This document shows positions 37,685 to 51,611 of a stretch of DNA of 64,000 nt, piece after piece. Made by a program: the position numbers and the translations under genes. Numbering within the stretch: the stretch's first letter is position 1; each line of letters begins with the position of its first letter. Below the pieces are notes generated by a model that was not told the origin of the DNA, made no database searches, and saw only the letters and a list, made by a program, of their open reading frames with translations. Source of the DNA: Eledone cirrhosa (taxonomy: Eukaryota); NCBI GenBank assembly GCA_964016885.1, contig OZ024741.1:65038001-65102000 (forward strand), read 5' to 3'.

Positions 37685-40372
37685 GTATTTGTCTAAATCC
37701 ACAAACAATGAGAGAGGAAGGGTATTTGTCTACATCCACAAACAATGAGAGAGGAAGGGTATTTGTCTACATCCACAAACAATGAGAGAGGAAGGGTATT
37801 TGTCTATATCCACAAACAATGAGAGAGGAAGAGTATTTGTCTATATCCACAATGAGGAAGGGTATTTGTCTACATCCACAAACAATGAGAGAGGAAGGGT
37901 ATTTGTCTATATCCACAAACAATGAGAGAGGAAGAGTATTTGTCTATATCCACAATGAGGAAGGGTATTTGTCTACATCCACAAACAATGAGAGAGGAAG
38001 GGTATTTGTCTAAATCCACAAACAATGAGAGAGGAAGGGTATTTGTCTACATCCACAAACAATGAGAGAGGAAGGGTATTTGTCTATATCCACAAACAAT
38101 GAGAGAGGAAGAGTATTTGTCTATATCCACAATGAGGAAGGGTATTTGTCTACATCCACAAACAATGAGAGAGGAAGGGTATTTGTCTATATCCACAAAC
38201 AATGAGAGAGGAAGAGTATTTGTCTATATCCACAATGAGGAAGGGTATTTGTCTACATCCACAAACAATGAGAGAGGAAGGGTATTTGTCTAAATCCACA
38301 AACAATGAGAGAGGAAGGGTATTTGTCTACATCCACAAACAATGAGAGAGGAAGGGTATTTGTCTACATCCACAAACAATGAGAGAGGAAGGGTATTTGT
38401 CTAAATCCACAAACAATGAGAGAGGAAGGGTATTTGTCTAAATCCACAAACAATGAGAGAGGAAGGGTATTTGTCTACATCCACAAACAATGAGAGAGGA
38501 AGGGTATTTGTCTAAATCCACAAACAATGAGAGAGGAAGGGTATTTGTCTACATCCGCAAACAATGAGAGAGGAAGGATATTTGTCTACATCCACAAACA
38601 ATGAGAGAGGAAGGGTATTTGTCTACATCCACAAACAATGAGAGAGGAAGGGTATTTGTCTATATCCACAAACAATGAGAGAGGAAGGGTATTTGTCTAA
38701 ATCCACAATGAGAGAGGAAGGGTATTTGTCTACATCCACAAACAATGAGAGAGGAAGGGTATTTGTCTACATCCACAAACAATGAGAGAGGAAGGGTATT
38801 TGTCTACATCCACAAACAATGAGAGAGGAAGGGTATTTGTCTACATCCACAAACAATGAGAGAGGAAGGGTATTTGTCTATATCCACAAACAATGAGAGA
38901 GGAAGGGTATTTGTCTATATCCACAAACAATGAGAGAGGAAGGGTATTTGTCTAAATCCACAATGAGAGAGGAAGGGTATTTGTCTACATCCACAAACAA
39001 TGACAGAGGAAGGGTATTTGTCTACATCCACAAACAATGAGAGAGGAAGGGTATTTGTCTACATCCACAAACAATGAGAGAGGAAGGGTATTTGTCTACA
39101 TCCACAAACAATGAGAGAGGAAGGGTATTTGTCTACATCCACAAACAATGAGAGAGGAAGGGTATTTGTCTACATCCACAAACAATGAGAGAGGAAGGGT
39201 ATTTGTCTAAATCCACAAACAATGAGAGAGGAAGGGTATTTGTCTACATCCACAAACAATGAAAGAGGAAGGGTATTTGTCTACATCCACAAACAATGAG
39301 AGAGGAAGGGTATTTGTCTATATCCACAAACAATGAGAGAGGAAGGGTATTTGTCTACATCCACAAACAATGAGAGAGGAAGGGTATTTGTCTACATCCA
39401 CAAACAATGAGAGAGGAAGGGTATTTGTCTACATCCACAAACAATGAGAGAGGAAGGGTATTTGTCTACATCCACAAACAATGAGAGAGGAAGGGTATTT
39501 GTCTAAATCCAGAAGCAATGAGAGAGGAAGGGTATTTGTCTACATCCACAAACAATGAGAGAGGAAGGGTATTTGTCTACATCCACAAACAATGAGAGAG
39601 GAAGGGTATTTGTCTACATCCACAAACAATGAGAGAGGAAGGGTATTTGTCTACATCCACAAACAATGAGAGAGGAAGGGTATTTGTCTAAATCCAGAAG
39701 CAATGAGAGAGGAAGGGTATTTGTCTACATCCACAAACAATGAGAGAGGAAGGGTTTTTGTCTATATCCACAAACAATGAGAGAGGAAGGGTATTTGTCT
39801 ATATCCACAAACAATGAGAGAGGAAGGGTATTTGTCTATATCCACAAACAATGAGAGAGGAAGGGTATTTGTCTACATCCACAAACAATGAGAGAGGAAG
39901 GGTATTTGTCTACATCCACAAACAATGAGAGAGGAAGGGTATTTGTCTATATCCACAAACAATGAGAGAGGAAGGGTATTTGTCTACATCCAGAAGCAAT
40001 GAGAGAGGAAGGGTATTAGTCTAAATCCAGAAGCAATAAGAGAGGAAGGGTATTTGTCTATATCCAGAAGCAATGAGAGAGGAAGGGTATTTGTCTACAT
40101 CCACAAACAATGAGAGAGGAAGGGTATTTGTCTATATCCACAAACAATGAGAGAGGAAGGGTATTTGTCTACATCCACAAACAATGAGAGAGGAAGGGTA
40201 TTTGTCTACATCCACAAACAATGAGAGAGGAAGGGTATTTGTCTACATCCACAAACAATGAGAGAGGAAGGGTATTTGTCTATATCCAGAAGCAATGAGA
40301 GAAGAAGGGTATTTGTCTATATCCACAAACAATGAGAGAGGAAGGGTATTTGTCTATATCCAGAAGCAATGA
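37685..40372. repeat. 37-bp minisatellite, ~73 copies
   Basis: Unit ATCCACAAACAATGAGAGAGGAAGGGTATTTGTCTA(C/T/A), with 29- and 33-bp deletion variants. Confidence 0.98.
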
Positions 40373-40500
40373 AGGATGGATGGAAAGACAGAAAAAGAAA
40401 TAAACTAGCTGACTAACTAAACATTGACACCTACAGTTGATATGTAAAAGAAATAACAGATGAAACAGATACTAATAGTAGGATAAATAACAACAACAAT

Positions 40501-41545
40501 GGTTTCTAAGGCACAGACCCAACAATTTTTTTTGAGAGAGAAGAGGAAAGTAAATTATACCAACTCCAGTATTTTACTGGTACTTTATTTTATCAACCCT
40601 AAAAGTATGAAAGGCAAAGTGGACATCAGCAGAATTTGAAACCAAACATGGAGCCATAAATGAAATACTGCAATGCATTTCATCCGACGCAACTAACAAT
40701 TCTGCTAAGCCACAGACCTTTTTATAATAATAATAATAATTGTTTCTACTTTAGGCACAAGGCCAGCAATATGAAAGGAAAGGGAAAATTAATTAAATCG
40801 ACCCCAGAGCTTACTAGAACTTTATTTCATAGACCCTGGAAAGATGAAAGGCAAAGCTACACTCACAGGATTTGAACTCAGAATGTATTCCAGGCACAAG
40901 GCCAGCAAATGTGGAGTAAAGGCAAAGTCGATTAAATCAACCCTTGTACATGACTGGTACTTTCTTTTAAAGCAAAGTTGACCTCGGTAGTATTTGAACT
41001 CAGAATGTAGAAAGTCGCAACTAAACCGCAAAGCATTTTGTCCAACACTCTACTGATATTACGGCCAGTCTACCACCCTAATAATGATTTCTGATTTAGG
41101 CATAAGGCCAGTAATTTTAGGGGAGGAGAAAGTCAATTAAATCGATCCCAGTGCATTACTGGTATTTTATTTTATGGACCCCGTAAGGATAAAAGGCAAA
41201 GCGAACCTCGGCAGCATTTGAACACAGAACATAAAAGACATAACTCTATGCCACGAAGCATAGTGCCCAACGCTCCACTGATACTGCCAATCCATCACTC
41301 TCCACCACCACCCTAATAATGATAATAATTATTTCTAACATTGGCACAAGGCCAGCAATTTGGGGGAAAGAGGAAGGTCAATTACATTGAACCCAGTGCG
41401 TAACCGGTACTTAATTTTATTGACCCAGGAAGGATGGAAGGCAAAGTTAACCATGACAGGGTTTGAAATCAAAACATAAAGAACTAGAACAAATATTGCT
41501 AAGAATAGGTCCAACGTTCTAACAACTCTGCTAATTCCTCACACT
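40501..41545 (-). mobile_element. Cluster of about five head-to-tail SINE family B copies
   Basis: Repeated GGCACAAGGCCAGCAAT...CTGGTACTTTATTTTAT.GACCC...GATGAAAGGCAAAG...GATTTGAACTCAGAA. Confidence 0.8.
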
Positions 41546-42221
41546 ATAATAATGACAACAACAAACATATCTATATTTTCTATGATGGGGTGGGAGCCAT
41601 CTAAAAGTTCAGTGGATACAAACAGTTACTTTGTTTTGAAATGTTAAAGAGACTATTACATGACATTGCCATATGTTATTGAAATTTGTGCGTACACACA
41701 AACACACATATACAAACACATGCACATATACAAACACACACACACATCTATAATCATCATCATTTTTATATCTGCTTTTTCCATACTTGCATTGGTTAGA
41801 CGAGACTTATCGAAGCAGTTTTACGTACAAATGCATGATATCCTATTGCATGGCAGTGTACTACAATACACAACACTAGTAGAGGACATGTCTTGGTTTT
41901 GTAGTTGGATTCACAAGAACTTGGGAAAGATAGTAGAGCAATGGTTGGTGGTGAATTGCAGGGAAAAGCAGATATATCCACATTCCATTGTGGATATATT
42001 AGTTTGATTAGCTGAGGTGTAAGAAAGACCAAAGCTGAGAGTGAAGAATAAAAATGCTGAGTGCATAGTAAAACAACAAAATACTTGCTGTATGGTTAAG
42101 GTGCAGCATTGGATAACAGGAAGTAAGAAAAGTTTGTTATGATGTGTGTCTACAACACCTACAGTCATGCTTGCTCCTACAGATACGGCTGCACCTACCA
42201 CACAAAAACATATATCACATT

Positions 42222-42275
<54 letters not shown>

Positions 42276-42329
42276 AATGTATATATACATATATATATAT
42301 ATATATTATACATGTGTGTGTATATATAT

Positions 42330-45300
42330 CATCATCATCATCGTTTAAAGTCCATGTTCCACGCTTGCATGGGTTTGGACGGGAGTTTTCCCACTTGAGG
42401 CAAGAGTGGTTGTCTTGCTCGCATAGGACTGTCTGGCGGGTTTTCTACAGCTGGATGCCCTTCCTAACACCAACCACATTTACAGTGTGGGACTGGGAGG
42501 TTTTTACCGTGTTGCCTACATGGCCACATTACAGTGTGGACTGTGTTTTTTTGTCGTGACCCCTACACAATCTCATTTGTTTCGGCCTGGATGTTGTGGC
42601 ACCAACGTAACTTTACATTGAAAGGGGCGGTGTGGATGGGGTGGGGGTGGTGTGACGGGGGCGTATTTTGTTAGAGATGCCTACTGACTGTAGTAGGTTT
42701 ACTTTGTATTTAGGCAAGATGGGTCTTCTCTATTACTGAGTACCGCCAAAGATCTCGGTCCAGTGACATTGTCTTGGAGAGGTGTAAGTGTGTGAGATCA
42801 GAATTTATCAGGTCGTCCCAGGTTTTTCTGGGTCTGCCTACTCCGTGGCTACCGTCTATCTTTATTGCCCTGCACTTTTTTATACAGCTGTCGTCTTTCA
42901 TGCGCATGACGTGACCATACCAACGTAGCCTTCTCTCGAGTAAACAACATCTGATCCCTCTTATTTCTAATTTTTCCCTTAGTTCGTTTATGCTTTGCCG
43001 TTCACGTATATTACTATTACACATCCAGCGGAGCATGCAAGCTTCATTCCTCTCTAGTCTGCGTATATCCTCTGCACACAATGCCCAGGTCTCACTGCCA
43101 TGCAACATTGCTGTTCGTATGCAGGCATCATACAACCTGCCTTTCATTTTTAGGGAGAACCCTTTAGCGGCTAATAGTGGTATAAGCTCTCTGAACTTTT
43201 TCCATCCAGTTCTGACTCTAGCTACTGTACTTTCAGAGCACCCTCCCCCACTGCTGATTTTGTCACCCAGGTAACGGAAGCTGTCCACTATTTCTATAGA
43301 ACCCTCTGCGCAATTGAAAGAGCTAGTATTTTGTGGGCACTTGTTGCTACTTATTGCACCAGAGCACCGGCCACATGTAAAATCTATGTTCTTAGTTAGC
43401 TTACCTGTGATCCCACTACATCTTTTATGCACCCATACTTTGCATTTGGGACATAAAATGGAGTTTCTACCTATGCCTTTCCTACACACTGAGCATGGCC
43501 ATTTCCCGGAAGGGACCGGCGCCTTATTTTCTTTCCTACAAACTAGAACTTTAGTCTTAGCCAGGTTAATTTTAAGGCCTTTTGATTCTAGGCCGTGCTT
43601 CCATGTTTGGAATTTCTTCTCTAGCTCGGCCATTGATTCAGCTATGAGCGTTAGATCATCTGCGTATAGGAGTTCCCATGGGCAGCCGGTCTTTGACTCC
43701 ACTGTTATAGCCTGAAGGGCAATAATAAATAGTAGGGGGCTAAGAACAGAGCCCTGATGAACACCAACTTTTACACTAAACTCTTCACTATATTCGTTGT
43801 TAATTCTAACCTTGCTCACTGTTTCTTTATACATGGCTTGTATAGCTCTCACAAGCCATTCGTCAACACCTAGTTTTCTAAGAGCCCACCAGATAATGGA
43901 ACGAGGGACTCTGTCGAAGGCTTTCTCCAAGTCAACAAAAGCTAAGTATAGGGGTTTACTTTTAGCTAGGTACTTCTCCTGTAGTTGTCGTACAATGAAA
44001 AGAGCGTCTGTGGTACTTTTGCCTGACACACCCCGAACTGCATTTCATCTAGATCAATTCTCTCTCTGATTAGTTGCGCTATTACTTTTTCCGTGACCTT
44101 CATGACCTGGTCGATTAATTTAATGCCTCTATAGTTACTCCTATCTAGGGCATCTCCTTTACCCTTGTAACAGTTAATGATGATGCTGCTACGCCAGTCC
44201 TTCAGAATAACCCCATTCTGTATGACTTGGTTTACTATCCGGGTGACCAAGGTGTGTCCCACCGTTCCCAGAGGCTTTCAGCATCTCAGCAACTATTTCC
44301 GAAGGCCCAGCCGCCTTACCCGTCTTCATATCTTTGATTGCCTTACTTATTATACTACCTTCGACTAACACCGCCGGTCCCTCTATTGGGTCGATGTGGG
44401 GGAGACTGTCTTTCTCCCAATTATTCTCCTCATTTAGAAGCCTTTCGTAGTGACACTTCCAAGCTACCTTCTTATCAGCGTCAGTGATGGCAAGTACACC
44501 ATCATCATTAAGTACACACTTCTCCCCGACAATATCACGTTTTTCCTTGACACATTGCCTAGCAATCCTGAACACCTCACGTTTTTGGTCCTCACGTTGT
44601 AGAACATGCTTGAACTTTCTTTCCTCTGCTTCTCTTCTTGCGAAGTACACTTGTCTCCTAGCTTCCCTCCTGGCCACTTGATAGTCTTCTCTACTTCCCC
44701 CATCCCGCCATACTTTCCAAGCCTGCTTTTTGGCCTTAATTGACTCCTCCACCTTACTGTTCCACCACCATGTTACTCTCCTCCTACCTACAGGCCTGCT
44801 CCAGCCACAGACTTCGTCTGCCGCCGTCAGCAGGTTTCTTTCAGGAATTCCCACTGTTCCTCTATATTATCTGACTCTAATTGCTCTTCCTTACTGTCGA
44901 AAGCATCAAGTAACATGCTTTGGAATTTATTTCTGGCTGTGGGGTCCTTTAACTTCCATATTTTTCTCCTGAGGATAGTCCTCTTCTGTTGTCTAGTACG
45001 TCTCGTCCTGACTATGAGGTCGCTAATTAGTAGTCTATGTTGGGAGGTGCATTCTTCATGGGGGAGGGATTTAGTGTTTACAACAGACACTCTGTCACGT
45101 CTTCTGGTAAGGATATAATCTACCTGGCTTGTGTGTTCCCCCGATCTATAGGTCATCAAGTGATTGTCTCGTTTTTTGAAGTTAGTGTTACAGATAGTTA
45201 GGTTATTTGCGTCACAGAATTCCAGGATTCTGGAGCCTTCCTCATTTCTAGTACCGAAACCATAGCCTCCATGGATTCCGTCATAGCCGTCACAATGTTG

Positions 45301-46332
45301 TCCAACGTGACCATTTAGGTCGCCTGCAATAATTATATAGTCACTGTCGGTTATTTGGGAGGTGGTGAGCATCAGTGTCTCATAGAATCTGTCTTTTATA
45401 GTGCCGGACAGTCCGGATTGGGGTGCGTGCGCAGATATTACTGTCACCGTAGTTCTATTGAGGACAAGTCTTATTTTAATTATTCTGTCGTTCACTCTAT
45501 TTATGTCTATTATCTTATCTGCCCACTTTTCTGCTACCATGATTCCTACTCCACCCAGCCCATTGTCATTTCCCACCCAGAAAAGCTTATAGCATCGTTC
45601 TTTACCCACGATGAATCTAGCAGACCCTCCCCTCCACCTGGTCTCTTGAATACAACAAACATCGACCTCCTTACGTTCAAGCATTTCTACAACCTCGTTA
45701 GAGCGACCCTTTAAGGTGCCTACATTCATGGTACCAACTCTGAAGTTTTGGATTGCGTTTGGAGAGTGGGGGCGGTGGGGCACGGTGGGGGATGGGGGAG
45801 ATGGGGTTATGTTAGCCATCCGCGGCCGAAACAAGGAGGAGGAGTGCTTGCATTCTCGTCCACGAGGTGAATTTGTCTTTGGCATTGTCGCTGAGCGTCC
45901 AGATTTTTCTCTCTTCAACTCTCCAGAATTCCGTAGTCCATCCATCATATCGAAAGGCAACCAGGTAAGCGATAGTATAGGCCTCTGACTTATGATTGGT
46001 CCACGTAATAATGGTGGTGCGTGGGAGTGGGAGAAAGGGATGTTGGGTAGTTAGCGAGAAGGTAAGGTTATAAATAAGATCCCCGTATTTTGGGCATAAT
46101 TTAACAAGCATAAACAAAAATACAAGATTTGTTTTGGAAAATACGACAGTGTATCGAATAGAAAGACAAAGATTGGAAAAAATGATAGAGAATGGCGAAT
46201 GAATGGACTAATGAATTAAAATGGAGAGGAGAATGGAGAAAATATTTGTATGTTACATTATACCATGGAAACAGCCATACCAGAATAGGGATTTGGCGAT
46301 TCTGAATTTTTCGTACTTGGTAGGGTTTATCT
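42330..46332 (-). mobile_element. Probably full-length RTE-clade LINE (~4.0 kb)
   Basis: 5' UTR, APE endonuclease plus RT ORF, 3' UTR ending in (ATG)n. TATATATAT on both sides (42321-42329, 46333-46341) is a possible low-complexity TSD, so the 5' boundary is uncertain. Confidence 0.92.
42710..45960 (-). pseudogene. RTE APE-endonuclease/reverse transcriptase polyprotein split by three frameshifts
   Basis: Four overlapping ORFs (44827-45960, 44189-44854, 43966-44262, 42710-44029). APE motifs GTMNVGTL, CIQETRW, GDLNGHVG, QVDYIL, SQHR; RT motifs NYRGIKL, FVDLEKAFDRV, GVHQGSVLSP, LYADD; Cys-rich insert; RLRWYGHV. Confidence 0.93.
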
Positions 46333-46534
46333 TATATATATGTATGTGTATATACAGATCTGTAAAACGTGGTCTCTGGACCTGGCTTGTCTCATAATAT
46401 GACAACCCATCTAACACATGCAAACGTGAAAACACTAAATGATGATGATGATGATGATGTATATAAGCATGAACCTCATATAACTGTACAATTGCCTCCA
46501 ATGTTTCGTTTGTTCATTTTCAACTATATATATA

Positions 46535-47120
46535 CTAGCAGATGTACCCGGCGTTGCTCGGGAAATGAATGACAGCCTGTTTGTCCGTATAAAGAGAGCC
46601 AAAGGTTGAGCAAAGAATTGAAATGTAATTGTAAAAAAAAAGTTTAACAAAATGGGTGTACAGTGACATGATTGAGTGAAATAAATGGCAACATAAAAAC
46701 AATTCATGGGGTAGCTTGAGTTAATTGACGTGAATGATTTCAGGTCCGGCCTTGCTGTAGTAGGTATGAGTAAGAGGATAAAGATGGAATAGACGCACCG
46801 TATGTCCTTCAGTAGACTAAACCCTATGCGTAAGATGGCGCTGCCACTACCACGTTGACCATCCACTGGACATAGAAATATCATTCCTTGAAGCAAATCG
46901 GCCTAGTACTTCAAAAGTTAAAAGGAGCCTAGTATTTGTACACAGACAGATACACACACAAAATCGATTTTTCGGCCCCAATATCGATTTTTTTGCAAAT
47001 TTGTTGTCCAAAACCTACTCTGACGTGTGCCAAATTTGGTTAAAATCGGCCTAGTACTTCAAAAGTTAAAAGGAGCCTAGTATTTGTACACAGACAGACA
47101 GACAGACACACAGACCGACT
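46535..47120 (-). mobile_element. Non-autonomous Helitron-like element
   Basis: Minus strand begins TCTATATCTATATAAAAGC followed by (CTGT)n, and ends CCCGAGCAACGCCGGGTACATCTGCTAG|T (hairpin plus CTAG). Internal 56-bp direct repeat at 46895-46950/47044-47099. Confidence 0.75.
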
Positions 47121-49802
47121 TGCTTTTATATAGATATAGAGGATGGGGGGGGGGGGGGTAATTATACAATTATATACACTCATACAATCATCAGTTCATT
47201 ATTTCAAGTGTGAATGTTTAATTACATCTTAATTATCAGTAAGTCTGTAAATATACAAATACATACACATATGCAGATCCAACCATACACACATACATAC
47301 ATGTGCTCCACAACTGTATACATATATTTACACACATGCTTGGGGAACTACTTCATAAATGTTGTGTTTTTATTTTCATAATCCGAAAATATTTTCATTT
47401 AAAATTCGGTTGGCATTGTTTCAATAGAGTTAGTGCTTAAAGATCTGTTGTGGCAAGTAATTCAATGATAGTGGTGCTAAATAAACTGTGAAAGTACTTG
47501 AAGCAAGTTGATAGCTTTAAATTAAAGAACTAGCACCACCTTAAGCAAACTCTTCCTATCATTTACACAAACAGGTTTAGATATAATCATCAGATAAAAT
47601 TCCTTTAAAAAAAACAAGTTACAATGGAATGATAAAGTTCCCAGATCTGCTTAAATATCTTGAACTGCAAGTCTTCATTGCTCCAGTGTTTAGATTTTGA
47701 CAATAATATGGAGAGTGGGGAGGATGGAAAGGAGGTTAATTGTGGATGGCTATTATTATGCTGCTGATGTAATGACATTGACAGCAACAACAACAATCTC
47801 TCAAGGCATTCAAACATTCATAAACAGGAAAACATTTTTTAAATGTAACCCCAAAACAGAAAATATTTCTCCTCAAATAAAGCTTGTCATTCTTCAAAGA
47901 TCAAGTGACAAATGAGACCCACAATGGGATGATACCATTGCCACATACAACACTATCCTTGGGCCTTTGAGAAAAGCCTCATGCAATCGTTTTACCTGCT
48001 TGAAAAATCTCCCTCGAATCATGTCTTATACCATCTTACAAAAGGAACATGTATAATGTGGCCTTGGGTTACTTAAGGGAAGCCTTTACATGATTGTGCT
48101 GAATTAGTGAAGTCCAACCTGTATTGTGATTAGCTATGTGCTGTGTGGCACCTCAGATCATCTGGGAATGTACCCTGTTAGGGACTGGTGACCTATCCAG
48201 AGGTAGATTTATCATTTGTTTGTTTCATGTCACTAAGGTGGCGAATTAACAGAACCATTAGAGCATATAACATTTCTTCTGACTATCTGCTTTCCGAGTT
48301 CAAATTTTGACATGGTCAACTCTGCCTTTTACCCTTTCAGGGCCAATAAAATAAGATATCAGTCCAGAATAGTGGATAGGTAGAATTGTCAGAGTATTGG
48401 ATGAGATGCATGTGGTATTTGTTTCAGCACTTTGCATCATGAGTTCTTGGTTAATAGACTTAATCCATTGCCCAGTTTAATCTTCCAAACACCAACCTAC
48501 CCCAAAACTGCCTGTATTAAAGTATTAAATTCAAATTTAAACCTTAGGCTGCAATCTCATTAGTACATACCAGATAATATTAGGTTTCAGTAGTTAGATA
48601 TTTGTCTTTTGCTATTAAGTTGAAACTTATTTCACTAAACCTCTCATAACTGTTGATTATTTTGGTAAGGAAAACACAAAGGTAGTATCAGTATATCTTG
48701 TGAGAAATATAGTCACAAAAGGGTTAACATCCCCACCTAGTTCTTCAGTGTTCATTCTGTAAGCATTCAAGCTTCAATTCCTTTCACCAGTATCTAAAGC
48801 CCTGAAAAATTAACTGGTCATAGGCACAGTCTTTCCCTCCCTGACTAATCATTACTCTACCACACACACATACAAAAAAGAAAAAAAAAAACAGAGTTGA
48901 GGACTGGTTTTTCAGTGAGCCACTTAGTGACTAGTTGAAGATATTTATTATTGATTCTTAACATTTTGTACTACATGTGACCAGATTACCACAACATTTT
49001 TGAAAAGTACAAAACAACACTATGACTGCATCATATTAAAATCTAAATTCGTTACTTTAGTTTACTGAAACTTTTCACAATACATCCACTTGTAATGATA
49101 CTATAAACATTTCAACTAACAAACCTAACAATGCTATAAACATTTCAACTAACAAATCTGTCTTCTGCTAAATCCTTACAGGATGTTATGAGTTAAAGAG
49201 AGTATTATATACTTGCCTAAGAAGCACACAGCACAGTGGCTATATCATCAGACTTTACTCAACATACTTTGAGCAAGGAATCCACCATCTTAATCCTTTT
49301 AATAGCAACCCACCCATATCCACTGCTGGTTCTCTGATACAAACCTTCCATATTTAAATTAATATCATAAGAACCCCTTTATTCCAAACACCAACTTTGA
49401 TAAATTTAGTTAATGCATTAAATCTCACCAAATTCTTATTTTCAAAATTAACAGAAACAGTTTATTTCATTGGAAATATGGTAATGAAAGGGTTATTAAA
49501 GCCAGTTTGTTTCCACAATAAATCTTCAACACAGGACAGTGTTCTATAAATCTCTATGACAGGTTTACTAATGTTGCTATTATTTATAGCTCTATGTAAT
49601 GTGTTAGTGTTTGTATGTTTGTGCATTTACATACACTGACAGGAACATAGGCATATAGTCTTACACAACCCCCATCAAAATATTCAAGTGTGCTTGTAAC
49701 TTTGTGTGATGGAAGCTAATACTGTGTGGTCACAACCAATTGGACTGGCTGATATCAGTAAAGGTTATGTGCATGTATATATATACACACATACAGACAG
49801 GT

Positions 49803-49848
<46 letters not shown>

Positions 49849-50132
49849 TCATATATATACATACATATACAGATAGGTATATAAAGATATTATGTACACT
49901 AACATAAATAACATACTGAAGTTGAATGTATGTGTAACTATTACTTAAAAGGTTTGTGCTGATCTGACAATTATTAACTGGCATTAGAGTACCAAATGCT
50001 TGGTCAACACGAATATTAAGGAATCACTATTCTGACATTCAACCTTAATAGATAATTGAATATATATAACTATACAATATGCACTAAATTCTCATTACTT
50101 TGTGTAACACAATAGTACAATGTACAACATTT

Positions 50133-50174
<42 letters not shown>

Positions 50175-50178
50175 AATG

Positions 50179-50385
50179 ACAAATTTAATATAGAGATGGC
50201 TTCTACAGGACTAGAACTGTTTCATTTGATGGAAATCATCAAAAAAGGCTTTCTTCATGATTTCTTTTGTATGGAGCAATTCTAGTCCTGTAGAAGCCAT
50301 TTCTATATTAAATTTGTTGTATACACTCGACTAATGTATTGGGTACCTGATTTACTGTGGTTACCCCCAATTGAATCTGGGACTC
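50179..50385 (+). mobile_element. Palindromic hammerhead mini-element, third copy, opposite orientation
   Basis: Arms 50179-~50247/~50249-50317 centred on AAAG-G-CTTT; tail GGGTACCTGATTTACTGTGGTTAC. Cores are decayed. Confidence 0.78.
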
Positions 50386-50386
50386 A

Positions 50387-50417
<31 letters not shown>

Positions 50418-51611
50418 TGAGATAAGTTGGCTGAGTGCTTATGGCGGGAGCAGAACTATTTGAATTTCATCTCCTACTGTCACGTCTCCTACTTTCTTTC
50501 TCTGGATAAAATTGGCTGTGTTCTGTCCTGGAGAGGGATGAGTTCCACCAGGTTTAAAATGTCCTAAATATGCTACATCAGGATGGTGCCACAACTCCAC
50601 CAAGAGTGAGGGGCCAATAAGGAAAAGAAATGGTGTGTATGCGTATATATATATTCATCATAATCGGTTAATGTCCATTTTACAGGCTAGCATGGGTTAG
50701 AGGTAAGTCTGGTCAGGTGACCATGCCTTGCTCATCTAATATATATTTGTGAAATGGGTGGTGGTTGAAATTCAGTTGTGGATGGTTAAATGGTAGTAGA
50801 CGTGGTCGGACGGACATGAAAATTTACACACCTAAAAAGTGCCAAGGAAGCAAATAGACGAGGTTTCAAACCTCTAACTTGAAAAATGTGGTCCCTGGGG
50901 CCCCAAAACAGTCTATTTACTATCGCGTTCGGTGAGTTATTTCCCCTGTTCTAATACTTGGATGAGTTATTTACAATTTCATACAAATAAAGCAGTAAAT
51001 AAAGGATTAAGAGTTCATGCAATTGTCTTATGTTTCGTCACTATATATATATATATATATATATAATATGAAAACGCTTTAATAAAAAAAATATCAACTG
51101 TAATATATGTATGCATGTATTTATGTTTATATGAGCGGGGATATGAAGTAAATCTTACTTTGTGGACAGCTGCCCCTTAGCATAATATTCATGCTAGAAC
51201 AGCATATATTTGAAAGTTTTCAGGGAGTTGAATTACTGATTTTGGATCGGCAGCTTTAGCTTTGAAAAAATGAAATGTGCAGTGTAAACATTTTTTATTA
51301 TTCCTCCGGGGATGAATCTTCTCTGCCTTTTTCCATCTCTTTCTTTCTCTCTGGAAGAAATCAGCCGTAGTAAGACCTAAAAAAAATGGTTAGATACACC
51401 ATGACGCACCGTGCATCACGGTGGAGTTGAAAAGCAGACTCAGAACATGGCGTTGTGTGGGGGTGGCTCGCAGCCCAATGTTCCAGAGGGAGCAAAAGAA
51501 GAAGAAGAAGAAGGTGTGAGCTGGAGTCCTATCAAATATGTAGGTTGTGTCTTAAATTGAAGGTTTAGTAGAAACAATTCATGTATAGTTTTGTCATTCA
51601 TATATAAACAA

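Noticed and set aside
37685-40372. CRISPR-like array (37-bp period)
   Set aside because: Units are contiguous with no unique spacers, there are no cas genes, and the context is eukaryotic.
45961-46332. HDV-like ribozyme in the RTE 5' UTR
   Set aside because: Known in some RTE families, but I could not build the nested double pseudoknot by eye; it needs a descriptor search.
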